From assembly GCA_963781885.1 (NCBI GenBank), contig CAWAHW010000007.1, positions 192,001 through 256,000 on the forward strand: a stretch of 64,000 nt of DNA. The letters are read 5' to 3'. This DNA is from an uncultured Spirochaetota bacterium. GTDB taxonomy: Bacteria > Spirochaetota > Spirochaetia > SZUA-6 > Fen-1364. The position numbers and the translations under genes were made by a program. The notes beneath the pieces were generated by a model. It ran no database searches and was not told where the DNA came from. It saw only the letters and a list, made by a program, of their open reading frames with translations. Within the stretch, counting starts at the first letter, position 1. Each line of letters opens with the position of its first letter. Below are positions 49,937 to 59,560 of the stretch, in pieces.

Positions 49937-49976
49937 CTGTTAGTATTTGCTTGCGGCAGTCTTAAGAACGGGTTAA
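49937..49976 (-). promoter_or_regulatory. Pho-box-like repeats upstream of the HATPase gene
   Basis: TTAACCC-N4-TTAAGAC-N15-CTAACAG in 11-bp register. Confidence 0.55.
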
Positions 49977-49983
49977 TTCCGGT

Positions 49984-50106
49984 CTATTCGCTGCACCGGA
50001 AGAACTTTTCCAGGCACATGACGTGGAGGATCTCCCGGACCCTCGGGTGGACGTCCACGAGCGCTATCCAGCCACCCTTCTCCTCGACCGTGCGCAGAAT
50101 TAACAA
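49984..50106 (-). pseudogene. C-terminal STAS fragment or mini-protein (40 aa)
   Basis: (M)LILRTVEEKGGWIALVDVHPRVREILHVMCLEKFFRCSE* aligns with FLKAVKPRGGDLVLLEIQPKVYEVFQLLGFSQFF of the STAS protein at 9946-10497. Confidence 0.6.
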
Positions 50107-50123
50107 TCCATTTGTGCGCCGTG

Positions 50124-50752
50124 TCAGGCGCGGGCCGTTTCGTTCATCGCATATTCGTATTTGCTCAGGGGCTCGGGTTCCAGGGTGACGATCGCGGCCG
50201 AGGCTGGCGGCGAAAACGGGCAGGCAGGACGCGTCGGCTCCCGGGCAGCAGCTCCGCCTCGAGGATCCGGTGCGGCCGGTGGCGATGCCTACGGTAATCC
50301 ACGACGCGAAACGAATCGAGACTCAATTCCAGGAGATTGCGGCCCTCTGCCGACACGATGCGCTGCCGGCGAACCTGGCGGATGCGAAACAGAACGACCA
50401 GCGCCCTGCCGCGCGCGTGTTCGTCGACACGACGCCGCAGGGAGGCGGGCCACGCGCGCTGCCCGGGGGAATCGATTTCTTCCTGCAATTCCTCGCGGTC
50501 GTGGATGCTGCCGGTGTCGTTGGAGAGCGACTTCAGCGCAAGCTGCATTTTTTCGCCCCTACGCACCCGGCATGCCCAGCCCGCGCTTTGAAGGTCGCCG
50601 GCGGTCGTGTCGTAGTACGCGTCCTCGACGCGCACGACGCGTGCAGGGCCGAGGGAGAAGTCTCCAACCCGCCGGAGCCTTGCCAGGACGGCCATCGTTC
50701 TTGCGTCGGGGATCTTCAGCTTGAGCTCGATCTCCCTCGTGGGCTTGCTCAT
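50124..50752 (-). CDS. CYTH domain protein, 3' end disrupted by insertions
   Basis: EIELKL, DAYYDT, RVR, ELSLD, EAEL; the conserved PEPLSKYE.A* tail lies in another frame ending at 50124. Confidence 0.8.
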
Positions 50753-50758
50753 TCCAGA

Positions 50759-50830
50759 ATGGTAGCGTGAATGCAGCTTCGAGGCAAGTGTTAAGAATCT
50801 GTTAATTCCTTCCTTAGCAAGGATTTACTA
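50759..50830. promoter_or_regulatory. Pho-box-like sites and promoter between CYTH and ppx
   Basis: Minus strand TTAACAG-N4-TTAACAC (50805..50788) abutting TTGCCT-17-TACCAT; plus strand TTAGCAA-N4-TTACTAG. Confidence 0.65.
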
Positions 50831-52429
50831 GTGACACCGGGCCCATGGACGGTTTATCATGCGTCTGTGGGCGGGACAGAGAAAGCGGCGAAGCTCCCCG
50901 ATTTCCCATTCAAAGTCGCGGCAATCGACATAGGCTCGAACGCTCTGCGCTTCAGCGTCGCGGAGTTCGCCGACGTCGACCGCTTCTCCGTCGTGGAGAC
51001 GGGACGCCAGGCCCTCCGGCTCGGGCATGACGTCTTTCATACCGGGAAGCTCACCGACGAGACGCTCCTGGCAGCGGTTCAGGGGCTGAAGAGTTTTTCG
51101 CAGCGTATCGCGGAGCTCGGCGCGCAGATGTCCGTTGCCATTGCAACGAGCGCCATCCGGGAAAGCGGGAATCAGACTGCATTCCTGCGCATGGTGGACG
51201 AAAAGGCGGGCGTCAAGGTCAAGGTCATCACGGGAAGCGAAGAGGCGCGCCTTGTATACCTGGCAGTGAAGAGCCGCATCCCGCTCGGTGACGACCCGTG
51301 GGTGCTCGTGGAGCTGGGCGGCGGGAGTGTCGAGGTTTCCTTCGCAAACGCGCAGGGTATCCTCTGGAGCGAATCGCACACCATGGGTTCCGTGCGGCTC
51401 TTGGAGGAGCTCACCGGCGATGCGGACGAGCCGGGCCGGTTTGCGCGCCTGCTCACGGAGTACGTGGCGACGCTCCACATTCCGCCCGGCCTGGCCAATC
51501 AGAGGCCGGCCGGCTTCGTCGCAACGGGCGGCAACATCGAATCACTCGCGCGCCTGGCCGCCTGTGAAGAGCGGGAGGACGGGGTGCGGGCCCTGCCCCT
51601 CACGGCGCTGAAAGCGAACATCGTCGCCCTGTCGCGTCTCTCTTTCCGTCAGCGGATGGAGCAGCTCGACCTCCGTGAGGATCGCGCCGACGTCATCCTT
51701 CCGGCCGCGCTGGTCTATGCGCGGCTTGCCGAGCTCGCGCGGGCGGAGACGATCCTCGTGCCGGCCGTGGGAATCAGGGAGGGGCTCATGATCGATCTCG
51801 TGGCAAATCTCTTCCACCACAAGCAGTCCCAGGATTCGCAGAGCCACCTGACCTATGACGCCGCCCTTGCGCTCGGACGCCGCTACCAGTTCGAGGAGGC
51901 GCATGCCGTGCAGGTCTGCCGGCTCGCGCTTTCCCTTTTCGACCAGCTCACGACGCTTCATGAGCTGGGCGAAGAGGAGCGGCGCATGCTCCTGGCCGCG
52001 GCGCTCCTCCACGACACCGGCTTCTACATCAGCTACCAGAGGCATCACAAGCACTCGCAGTACCTGATCACGCAGTCGGAGCTGCCGGGGTTTTCCTCCC
52101 AGGACATGCAGCTCATCGGCATGGTGGCCCGCTACCATCGCAAGAGCGAGCCATCGGACCGGCACGTGGATTACAGCGCGCTGTCGGCGGAGGACCGCAT
52201 GCGCGTGAGCCGGCTCGCCGCGATCATCCGCATCGCGGATGCCCTTGACCGCGAGCATCTGCAGAAGGTGAGGGGCATCCGCCTGGAGATCGGGCCGCAG
52301 ACCGTGGTCGTCCACGTCGATTGCTCGGGCGATTTCCTTCTGGAAACCTGGGGCGTGCAGAAGAAGGCCGACCTCTTCGGCAGGGAATTTCATCGCGGGA
52401 TACGGCTCGCGCTGGAGGGGAGCTCCTGA
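50831..52429 (+). CDS. ppx: Exopolyphosphatase Ppx/GppA with HD domain; start uncertain
   Basis: AIDIGSNALR, ATSAIRE, GSEEAR, ELGGGSVE, RADVI, GIREG, LLHDTG..HHKHS. Confidence 0.92.
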   Translation: MTPGPWTVYHASVGGTEKAAKLPDFPFKVAAIDIGSNALRFSVAEFADVDRFSVVETGRQALRLGHDVFHTGKLTDETLLAAVQGLKSFSQRIAELGAQMSVAIATSAIRESGNQTAFLRMVDEKAGVKVKVITGSEEARLVYLAVKSRIPLGDDPWVLVELGGGSVEVSFANAQGILWSESHTMGSVRLLEELTGDADEPGRFARLLTEYVATLHIPPGLANQRPAGFVATGGNIESLARLAACEEREDGVRALPLTALKANIVALSRLSFRQRMEQLDLREDRADVILPAALVYARLAELARAETILVPAVGIREGLMIDLVANLFHHKQSQDSQSHLTYDAALALGRRYQFEEAHAVQVCRLALSLFDQLTTLHELGEEERRMLLAAALLHDTGFYISYQRHHKHSQYLITQSELPGFSSQDMQLIGMVARYHRKSEPSDRHVDYSALSAEDRMRVSRLAAIIRIADALDREHLQKVRGIRLEIGPQTVVVHVDCSGDFLLETWGVQKKADLFGREFHRGIRLALEGSS

Positions 52430-53106
52430 TGGACGAAAAGGGCATCACCGGAAAGCTCATCGCCGTGGAGGGCCTCGACGGCTCCGGCAAGACCACGCAG
52501 ATCTATCTTGTCTACCAGTGGCTCCTCGGGCTGGGGTGCAAGGTCTTCTACTCGGAGTGGAACTCGAGCGAGATCGTGAAGGGCGCGACGAAACGCGGGA
52601 AGAAGAAGCAGCTCCTCACGCCCACGACTTTCAGCCTCATCCACGCCACCGATTTCGCCGACCGCTACGAGCGGCAGATCCTGCCGATGCTGAAGGGCGG
52701 CTACATCGTGCTGTGCGACCGCTACGCGTACACCGCTTACGCGCGCGATTCGGTGCGGGGGTGCGACCCGGCGTGGCTGCGCGAGATGTACAGTTTTGCG
52801 ATCCGGCCCGACATCGTCTTCTATTTCCAGGTGCCGCTGGAGATCGCCATCAACAGGATCCTCGCCGGCCGGGCCGAGCTGAAATACTTCGAGGCGGGCA
52901 TGGACCTGCACCTGTCGCCCGACATCAAGGAAAGCTTCCGCCTTTTCCAGCGCATGGTGAAGAACGCCTATGACGGGATGGTGGACGAACAGGGCTTCTC
53001 GGTGATCGACGCGACGAAGAGCATCCCGGATCAGCAGGAGGTCGTGCGCTCCTCCATCCTGGAGCGCATCGATCTCGCGCGGTATCGGGCCAAGGTGAGA
53101 CAATGA
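52429..53106 (+). CDS. Thymidylate-kinase-like P-loop kinase A
   Basis: IAVEGLDGSGKTTQ, SEWNSS, DFADR, LCDRY, YFEAGMD. Confidence 0.85.
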   Translation: MDEKGITGKLIAVEGLDGSGKTTQIYLVYQWLLGLGCKVFYSEWNSSEIVKGATKRGKKKQLLTPTTFSLIHATDFADRYERQILPMLKGGYIVLCDRYAYTAYARDSVRGCDPAWLREMYSFAIRPDIVFYFQVPLEIAINRILAGRAELKYFEAGMDLHLSPDIKESFRLFQRMVKNAYDGMVDEQGFSVIDATKSIPDQQEVVRSSILERIDLARYRAKVRQ

Positions 53107-53895
53107 ACAAGAAGAGGTGCTACGGCAGGCCCCCCGTGGGGGTGGACCTCGCCCAGCTTTCCGGGGCGCTCATCGTGATCGAGGGGCAGGACTCCTCGGG
53201 CCGGTCCACGCAGATCCGCGCGCTCTCCTCGTGGCTGGAGCAGCAGGGCTACGCGGTGGAGCAGGTCGGGCTTCGGCGCTCGGAGCTCGTCACGCCGGAG
53301 CTGGACCGCGCGAAGCAGGGCAACATTCTTTCCCCGCGCACGATGAGCCTCTTTTACGCCACCGACTTCTACGACCAGCTGGAGAACCGGATAGTGCCGG
53401 CGCTGCGCGCGGGATACATCGTCCTGGCCGACCGCTACATCCCCACCCTGGTGGCGCGCGACCTGGTGCGGCGCGGCAACCAGGAATGGCTGGACTCGCT
53501 GTACTCCATGGCGATCGTGCCCGGACGCGGTCTATTTCATCTCCGCCTCCATCGGCAGTCTCGTGGAGAGGAAGCTTTCCTTCCAGTACAACCTCGACTA
53601 CTGGGAGTCGGGCATGGACCTCGGCCTCGCTCCCGACTGGTACGGCAGCTACGTGAGCTACCAGCGCAAGCTGAAACAGGTCTTCGTGCAACTGCAGAAG
53701 CGCTACGGCTACGAGGCCATCGACGGCAACAGGTCGATCGCCGCGGTCCAGCGGGATCTTCGTGCACGGGTGAGCGCAAAGTTGAAGGAGGTATACCCCA
53801 GTGGCCAGAGACAAGCCGATGGAGCGGAACGAGAGGGTGGAGGAGCTGCTGCAGGAGCTGCAGGGGCTGCAGGCGTCGTGGAAGGAAATTCTTGA
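53103..53895 (+). CDS. Thymidylate-kinase-like kinase B (variant P-loop), 1-nt insertion near 53521
   Basis: IEGQDSSGRSTQ, LFYATDFYDQLE, LADRY; continues in the other frame as PDAVYF...LDYWESGMDLGL. Confidence 0.8.
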
Positions 53896-54124
53896 GCGCT
53901 ACACGCTGAATGTCCGGTCGCGCTTCGCGGAGATCGCCACAGCGGTCGCCGGCCCTCCCACGGAGGAGGAGACGCACGTGCCCCTCTCGAAGAAGCAGCT
54001 CGACCTGATGCTGCTGGAGCTCCGCACGATCAAGCTCAAGCCCGACAAGGGGAGGGGCAAGGACCTCGCGCGGATCGAGAAGGCACTCGATGACCTCCTG
54101 GCAGCGCATGGCGAGCGCGCCTGA
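53801..54124 (+). CDS. Small helical hypothetical protein with a basic KLKPDKGRGKDL motif
   Basis: GGAGG RBS plus GTG; embedded in the operon. Confidence 0.65.
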   Translation: MARDKPMERNERVEELLQELQGLQASWKEILERYTLNVRSRFAEIATAVAGPPTEEETHVPLSKKQLDLMLLELRTIKLKPDKGRGKDLARIEKALDDLLAAHGERA

Positions 54125-55907
54125 AAAGCCGGCCGAATCCTTCCTGATGCCTCCTCTCCAAACCGGGGAGGAGCTTCTCTCGGCGCTGGAGCGGCTGGGT
54201 TATGCGCCGCGCCCGCTCCGCCGCCTGGTCTCCACCTACACGTACCGGGACACGCGCGACGGCGCGCTGCGCGCGGCCGGCCTTGAGCTGCGCCTGCACG
54301 CGGAAGGCGCGCGCTGGCAGCTCCTGGACCGCGGCATGGTCAGCGCGCAGCGCAAGGCTGCCGACTCCACGGACGATGTGCCGGGCGCGGGTCGGCTGGG
54401 GCTCCGCCTGCGCGCCCTTGCCGGCGGCCGGCCCCTGCTTTCCCAGCTTTCGGCCGCCTGCACGGAGACGGTCCATCTCCTTTCGGGTCCCTCGTCGCGG
54501 CCCATGTCGCTCTCCGTCCAGGAGTGGGAGTTCAGCGATCTGCCGGAGAGGAACCATCGCGTGCGCTGCCGCGTGGCGCGCATCGTTTCCTCGCGCGGCG
54601 CGCGCGTCGACATCGACTATCTTGCCGCCCTCCTGCACCGCCATCTCTCCCTCGTGCCGACCCGCACGGGCATCTTCGAGACCGGTCTCGGCCTTCTGGA
54701 GGCACCGCTGCCGGGCGCCGCGGTGCCCGCGACGTATCGACTGAACCGGCGCGACACGCGCGTCACCTCCGCGGCGAAGCTCCTTTCCGCCCAGGCATGG
54801 GCCATGCGGGTGAACACCGCGGGCACCCGTCACGACCGCGACATCGAGTACCTCCATAACCTGCGCGTCGCCACTCGTCGGGCGCGCTTCCTCGTGCGGC
54901 TCTTTCACGACGTGCTGGGCGCTTCACGGGCCGCGGCCCTGCGTGGCGAGCTTTCATGGATCGCGGGGATGCTGGGAGTCGTGCGGGACCTCGACGTTCT
55001 GCTGCAGAATCTGCCCGCGCAGCTCGCCGAGGTCGAGGCTCCGCCGGAGGCCGCGGCCGAGGCGATACGCCTCCTCCGTGCGCGACGGGGCGACGCGTTT
55101 GGACCGATGGTGGCCGCACTTGTTTCGGGCCGGTATCGCGCGCTTCTCATGGACCTGGCGGCGCCGTTGCCGGAGCCTCGCCGCGCCGGCACGGAGGAGG
55201 AGGCAGGAGGGGCGCGGCTGGTCGATTTCGCCCGCCGCCAGATCCGCCGCACGTCCCGACGACTGCTCGCCCTGGGCTCCGGGATAACGAGCGATCCCTC
55301 GCGCGCCGCTGCCCTTGCACCGTCCACGCTCCACCGTGCCCGCATCCTCTTCAAGAGGCTGCGTTACACGTGCGAGTTTTTCCGCCCCGTCCTGGGCGAC
55401 GACATGCGCGGCGCTCTGCGGCGCCTCGTCGCCTGCCAGGACTGCCTGGGCGCGCACCAGGACGCGGTGTCGGCGCTGCGAGCGTTCGAGCGAATTGCGC
55501 GGGAGTCGGACCCGGGCGCATCGCCTGCCATCTATCTCTGCCTGGGAGCGCTCATGCAGCTCCAGCGAAGAATACAGCTCCAGAAGCGCGTCGAGTTCGC
55601 CGGATTGTGGGAGAAGTTTCCGCTTCTGGCGCGCCACATGGAGCGGGGAGGAAAGGAGCCGGGGCATGCCCGTGATCGCGTTGTACAATCTGAAGGGCGG
55701 GGTGGGAAAGACGGCGGCCGCGGTCAACCTCGCGGCGCTGGCCGCCTCCGAAGGCGCAGCGTGCCTTCTGTGGGACCTGGACCCGCAGGCAGCGGCGACA
55801 TTCCACCTGCGCGGGAAGGAAGGCCTGCCGGTGCGGGGCCGCAGGATCCTCCGGAGCAGGGCGGGGGTGGGCGACCTGCCCGCGGCGACCCCGGTTCCCC
55901 GTCTTGA
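54108..55907 (+). CDS. CYTH-like plus CHAD domain protein; 3' end uncertain
   Basis: YRDT.DG.L N-terminus; LHNLRVATRRAR, LG.VRDLDV, LHRARILFKRLRY..EFF, QDCLGAHQD; the ORF tail overlaps parA. Confidence 0.85.
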   Translation: MASAPEKPAESFLMPPLQTGEELLSALERLGYAPRPLRRLVSTYTYRDTRDGALRAAGLELRLHAEGARWQLLDRGMVSAQRKAADSTDDVPGAGRLGLRLRALAGGRPLLSQLSAACTETVHLLSGPSSRPMSLSVQEWEFSDLPERNHRVRCRVARIVSSRGARVDIDYLAALLHRHLSLVPTRTGIFETGLGLLEAPLPGAAVPATYRLNRRDTRVTSAAKLLSAQAWAMRVNTAGTRHDRDIEYLHNLRVATRRARFLVRLFHDVLGASRAAALRGELSWIAGMLGVVRDLDVLLQNLPAQLAEVEAPPEAAAEAIRLLRARRGDAFGPMVAALVSGRYRALLMDLAAPLPEPRRAGTEEEAGGARLVDFARRQIRRTSRRLLALGSGITSDPSRAAALAPSTLHRARILFKRLRYTCEFFRPVLGDDMRGALRRLVACQDCLGAHQDAVSALRAFERIARESDPGASPAIYLCLGALMQLQRRIQLQKRVEFAGLWEKFPLLARHMERGGKEPGHARDRVVQSEGRGGKDGGRGQPRGAGRLRRRSVPSVGPGPAGSGDIPPAREGRPAGAGPQDPPEQGGGGRPARGDPGSPS

Positions 55908-56433
55908 TCTGCTGCCTGCGGATTTCTCCCTGCGCCGCCTGGATACCCTGCTTGCGGAGATGAAGAAGCCGCGCAGGAAGATCGCCGAGCTCCTGCGGCC
56001 TCTGCGGAAGACCTACGACGCGATATTCCTGGACTGCCCGCCGGGGATTTCGCTCGTGGCGGAGAATGTCTTTCGCGCGGCGGACCTCATCCTGGTCCCG
56101 CTGGTTCCCACGCCGCTGTGCATGCGGACGTATGAGGAGATCGTGGTCTTCTTTCGGCGCAAGGATCTACCGTCGAGAAAGATCCTCGGCTTCTTTTCCA
56201 TGGTCGAGCAGCGCAAGAAGCTGCACCGCGAGCTCATGGCGCTGTCGAGGGAACGCGATCCGCGTATCTGCGTCGCGACCATTCCCTACAGCTCGGACGT
56301 GGAAAGGCCGTCCCGCTCGGGCCGGCCGATGGTCCTCAGCAGGCCGCGCTCATATGCTGCGCAGTGCTATCGCGCACTCTGGAAGGACGTCCAAGCCGAC
56401 CTCGCGGCCGGCAAAGCGCGTCACGGGCGGTAA
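55666..56433 (+). CDS. ParA/MinD family ATPase
   Basis: YNLKGGVGKT, WDLDPQ, LDCPP, FFSMVE. Confidence 0.9.
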   Translation: MPVIALYNLKGGVGKTAAAVNLAALAASEGAACLLWDLDPQAAATFHLRGKEGLPVRGRRILRSRAGVGDLPAATPVPRLDLLPADFSLRRLDTLLAEMKKPRRKIAELLRPLRKTYDAIFLDCPPGISLVAENVFRAADLILVPLVPTPLCMRTYEEIVVFFRRKDLPSRKILGFFSMVEQRKKLHRELMALSRERDPRICVATIPYSSDVERPSRSGRPMVLSRPRSYAAQCYRALWKDVQADLAAGKARHGR

Positions 56434-56473
56434 GCGGGACGGGCGTTTTCCCCACGCCGATGATTCATGTCAT

Positions 56474-57199
<726 letters not shown>

Positions 57200-57382
57200 T
57201 CATCCCTTTCCCTGCAGGTTGTTCTGCGACAGGTAATACAAGAGCGCTTCGTTGATCACGTGTGCATCCTTGATCCGCGGGGTGTCCCGCCCCGGGTTCT
57301 TGTTGTAGAGCTTGATGTAGCGCTCCAGCCTCTTCCAGTTCGCGGGCACGATCTCCACATGAATGGTCTTTCTCTTACCCAT
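57200..57382 (-). CDS. Small ribbon-helix-helix-like protein
   Basis: KTIHVEI-helix-loop-HVINEALLYYL; TTGCAT-17-TATCCT promoter ending 8 nt before the ATG. Confidence 0.6.
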   Translation of the reverse strand: MGKRKTIHVEIVPANWKRLERYIKLYNKNPGRDTPRIKDAHVINEALLYYLSQNNLQGKG

Positions 57383-57439
57383 GGCAATGGAGGATAGCAA
57401 GAAACTGAACGAAATGCAACACATTTTGAATAATTAAAT

Positions 57440-58567
57440 TCAAAGATTGAATCCTTTCTTCCAGTACATCGACTTCGCCGCCGCGGCAAGGAAGGACCGC
57501 ATCGTCGCGGGGGTGACGTCGCCGATCGTACCGACGCGGAAGGTATCGGCGTGGGAGACCTTGCCGGGATAGATCACGAAGCCGTGCTGTTTCAGCTCGT
57601 TGTAGAAGAGCGGAAACGCATAGGCGGGATCCGTGGGATTGCGGAACGTCATGATGATCGGCGAGCGTATCTCCCGGGGCAGGAAGCAGGCGAATCCCAG
57701 GCGCTCCATCCCCCGTGTGAGCACGTCGGCGTTCGAGGAGTAGCGCTTGAAACGGCGTGCAACGCCGCCTTCCGCCTTCAGCTCGGCGAGCGCCTGGGAG
57801 AAGGCGTGTACCGTGTGGGTGGGCGCCGTGAAACGCCATTTCCCGTGCTTTTCCTCCATCGTCATCCACTGGTCGTGGAGGTCCAGGGAGAGGGAGGGCG
57901 ACCTGCCCTTGCACGCCGCAAGCGCCTCCCGGCGGGCGATCACGAAGCCGAAGCCGGGCACGCCCTGGATGCATTTGTTCGCGCTGCTGATGAGGAAGTC
58001 GATCTTCAGCGCCCCGACGTCCAGGGGAATGCCGCCGAAGCTGCTCATGGCATCCACAATCAGCATGCGGCCGCTTTTCTGCACCGCCTCGGCGATCTGC
58101 GGCAGCGGGTTCAGAAGGCCGGTGGTGGTCTCGCAATGCACCACGGCGACGTGCGTGGTCGTATCGTCTCCTTGCAGGGCGTTCGCGATGGACGCGGGGC
58201 TGCAGGGCTCCGTCTCCGGGAAGCGCAGCATCCGATGCGGAATGCCCAGCCGGGCGGCGATCGTCCCCATCCTTTCCCCGTACGCCCCGTTGGCGGCGAT
58301 CAGGAGCCCCGTCTCCCGCGGCACGACGGTGCCGAGCGTCGCTTCGACGCAGAAAGTGCCCGAGCCCTGCATGAGAACGCTCGTGTAGCCGGCGTGGCCG
58401 GTGGCCAGCGCCGTGAGCTCTACCCGGACGTCCTGCACGACCCTGCCGAAATCCTCGTCCCAGGTGCACCAATCCCGCAACATGGCGGCTTTCACGCTCT
58501 TTGTCGTGCTCAGGGGGCCCGGTGTGAGGAGCACGTAGGGGTTCGCCGGAAGGTCGTCGGGGGTCAT
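57440..58567 (-). CDS. phnW: 2-aminoethylphosphonate-pyruvate transaminase
   Basis: LLTPGPLST, DWCTWD, QGSGT, VHCETTTG, DAMSSFGG, SANKCIQGVPG. Confidence 0.95.
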   Translation of the reverse strand: MTPDDLPANPYVLLTPGPLSTTKSVKAAMLRDWCTWDEDFGRVVQDVRVELTALATGHAGYTSVLMQGSGTFCVEATLGTVVPRETGLLIAANGAYGERMGTIAARLGIPHRMLRFPETEPCSPASIANALQGDDTTTHVAVVHCETTTGLLNPLPQIAEAVQKSGRMLIVDAMSSFGGIPLDVGALKIDFLISSANKCIQGVPGFGFVIARREALAACKGRSPSLSLDLHDQWMTMEEKHGKWRFTAPTHTVHAFSQALAELKAEGGVARRFKRYSSNADVLTRGMERLGFACFLPREIRSPIIMTFRNPTDPAYAFPLFYNELKQHGFVIYPGKVSHADTFRVGTIGDVTPATMRSFLAAAAKSMYWKKGFNL

Positions 58568-59430
58568 CGCGCGTCCTCCCGTGATGGCATGTCGCCGCGG
58601 AGGACCCTCTGCTCGATGCGCCGGATCCGCGCCGCGCATTCCTCCAGGTCGTCCGCCACGTAGTGGGCTCCGGACCCGAGAAGGCGCAGCGCGGCCCGCT
58701 CCCGGCGGGAGGCGAGCACTTCCGGGGGGATCGCGGCAAGGTCATCGAGGGAGAGCCCGATCTCGTTCCCGCACTGCACGACCCCGATGGTCCACATGCC
58801 GGCATTGACTCCTTCCCGCATGTCCGCCGGCGTGTCGCCGACCTTCACCATGCGGGAGAGGGGGTAAGCGTTCAGACGCATCGCGTTCTGGTAGCACATC
58901 CAGGGGAAGGGCCGGCCCGCAGGTACATCAGAGGGGCAGATCACCGCGTCGGGCCGGTAGCCCCGGCGCGCCGCCTCCGGCACCAGCACGTCCATGATGG
59001 AGCGGGAATATCCCGTCGTGGACCCTATTGCGATGCCCCGGCCGCGCAGCGCGCCGGTGAGCTCGATGACACCCGGAACGAGCGCGGCATGCTGGCGGAC
59101 GGCGTCCAGGAGGCGCGTCTCCAGCTCCGCGTAGATCTGCTCGACGTCCGCCTCGGTCGGGTCGCCATTGCCCTTCTCTCGCCAGCGCGCCTTCACGACC
59201 GGCCGGGAAAGCAGCGCGCGGATGTGGTCCTTCTTCTCCAGTCCCATCGGTCCGCGCGCTTCTTCCATGGTCAGGACGATCCCCCGTGCGCGGAATGCCT
59301 GGACCATCGACACCGCCGGGGCGAAGCAGCCGAAATCCACCGTCGTTCCCGCCCAGTCGAAGACGACCGCCTGAACGCCCGGCTCGCGCTCGGCTCCACC
59401 CTGGCGCCCGTTCACGATCGAAGGGTTCAT
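58564..59430 (-). CDS. phnX: Phosphonoacetaldehyde hydrolase
   Basis: FDWAGTTVDFGCFAP, PMGLEKKDH, STTGY, GRPFPWM, KVGDT. Confidence 0.95.
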   Translation of the reverse strand: MNPSIVNGRQGGAEREPGVQAVVFDWAGTTVDFGCFAPAVSMVQAFRARGIVLTMEEARGPMGLEKKDHIRALLSRPVVKARWREKGNGDPTEADVEQIYAELETRLLDAVRQHAALVPGVIELTGALRGRGIAIGSTTGYSRSIMDVLVPEAARRGYRPDAVICPSDVPAGRPFPWMCYQNAMRLNAYPLSRMVKVGDTPADMREGVNAGMWTIGVVQCGNEIGLSLDDLAAIPPEVLASRRERAALRLLGSGAHYVADDLEECAARIRRIEQRVLRGDMPSREDAR

Positions 59431-59452
59431 GCAGCGCTATTTAAACCTGCAA

Positions 59453-59538
59453 GTGTTAGGTTGCTGTGAAGAAAGGAAAAAAAAGGGCGGAATCGGAATC
59501 AACACATTCTTAACACGGCGCTAAGGGAAAACTAAACA
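59453..59538. promoter_or_regulatory. Divergent Pho-box-like arrays between phnX and phnG
   Basis: Minus strand TTCACAG-N4-CTAACAC; plus strand TCAACAC/TTAACAC/CTAAGGG/CTAAACA at 59499, 59510, 59521, 59532. Confidence 0.65.
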
Positions 59539-59560
59539 AGCCGGTATCCCTTGAGTCGTG

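Noticed and set aside
52429-53895. Calling the pair housekeeping tmk
   Set aside because: Duplicated, one copy has a variant P-loop, the usual TREPGG motif is absent and the context is polyP, so the symbol was withheld
55670-55907. C-terminal extension of the CHAD protein
   Set aside because: Overlaps parA by about 240 nt and reads as off-frame sequence; probably not functional
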